Part shown: positions 63,682 through 64,000 of the stretch, piece after piece | Layout: every line of letters begins with the position of its first letter | Position numbering within the stretch: the stretch's first letter is position 1 | From: Octopus vulgaris | Taxonomy: Eukaryota | Assembly (NCBI GenBank): GCA_951406725.2 | Contig: OX597833.1 | Coordinates: 30,380,001-30,444,000, forward strand | Length of the DNA: 64,000 nucleotides | Direction: 5' to 3' | Translations under genes and position numbers: made by a program | The notes under the pieces: model-generated | Seen by the model: only the letters and a program-made list of their open reading frames with translations | Told to the model about the DNA's origin: nothing | Databases searched by the model: none

Positions 63682-64000
63682 TATACACATAAATGTAATT
63701 CTTGCTGTCTATAACTTATCAAATAAATATAAACACATGAACATACATAAATACTCATACATATAAAACATATATTTATATAAATATTCATACCTACATC
63801 AAAATACATTTACATATAACAACATACATGCAACGAAACAGATATGTACATACACATGTATACATAAAGGCAGTATTCACTTTGGTACATACTGGTATTC
63901 ATATAAACAATGATATGAATACATACATATACCTGCATAATATATACAAAGTAAAAATAATAATCCATAACTGTTTACAAAAGTGCATATGCTTGTATAT

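Overview
Eukaryotic, AT-rich and repeat-dense genomic DNA. The SINE/RTE repertoire and microsatellite load suggest an octopus or other coleoid cephalopod (inference). The only host gene found is a + strand leucine-rich-repeat gene that closely resembles FBXL13/DRC6. I traced 11 internal GT-AG exons (3321..55727, 1238 nt) that splice in frame; the first and last exons were not identified. The introns are packed with mobile DNA: a near-complete Ty3/Gypsy LTR element, a full-length Tx1/L1-like LINE inserted in (TC)n, R4/Dong-like RLE LINEs inserted in (TAA)n, RTE LINEs, tRNA-derived SINEs, Tc1/mariner, hAT, Helitron and a Merlin-like TIR element that carries a LINE fragment. The most interesting signal is absent from the ORF track. 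At least four unrelated inverted-repeat elements (37.2-38.2, 38.8-40.5, 45.2/49.4 and 59.4-59.6 kb) each carry type I hammerhead-ribozyme cores (CUGAnGA...GAAAC...GUH), and two of them sit in (TA)n tracts. They look like non-autonomous Penelope-like or retrozyme elements. All calls were made by eye; no folding or database search was run.
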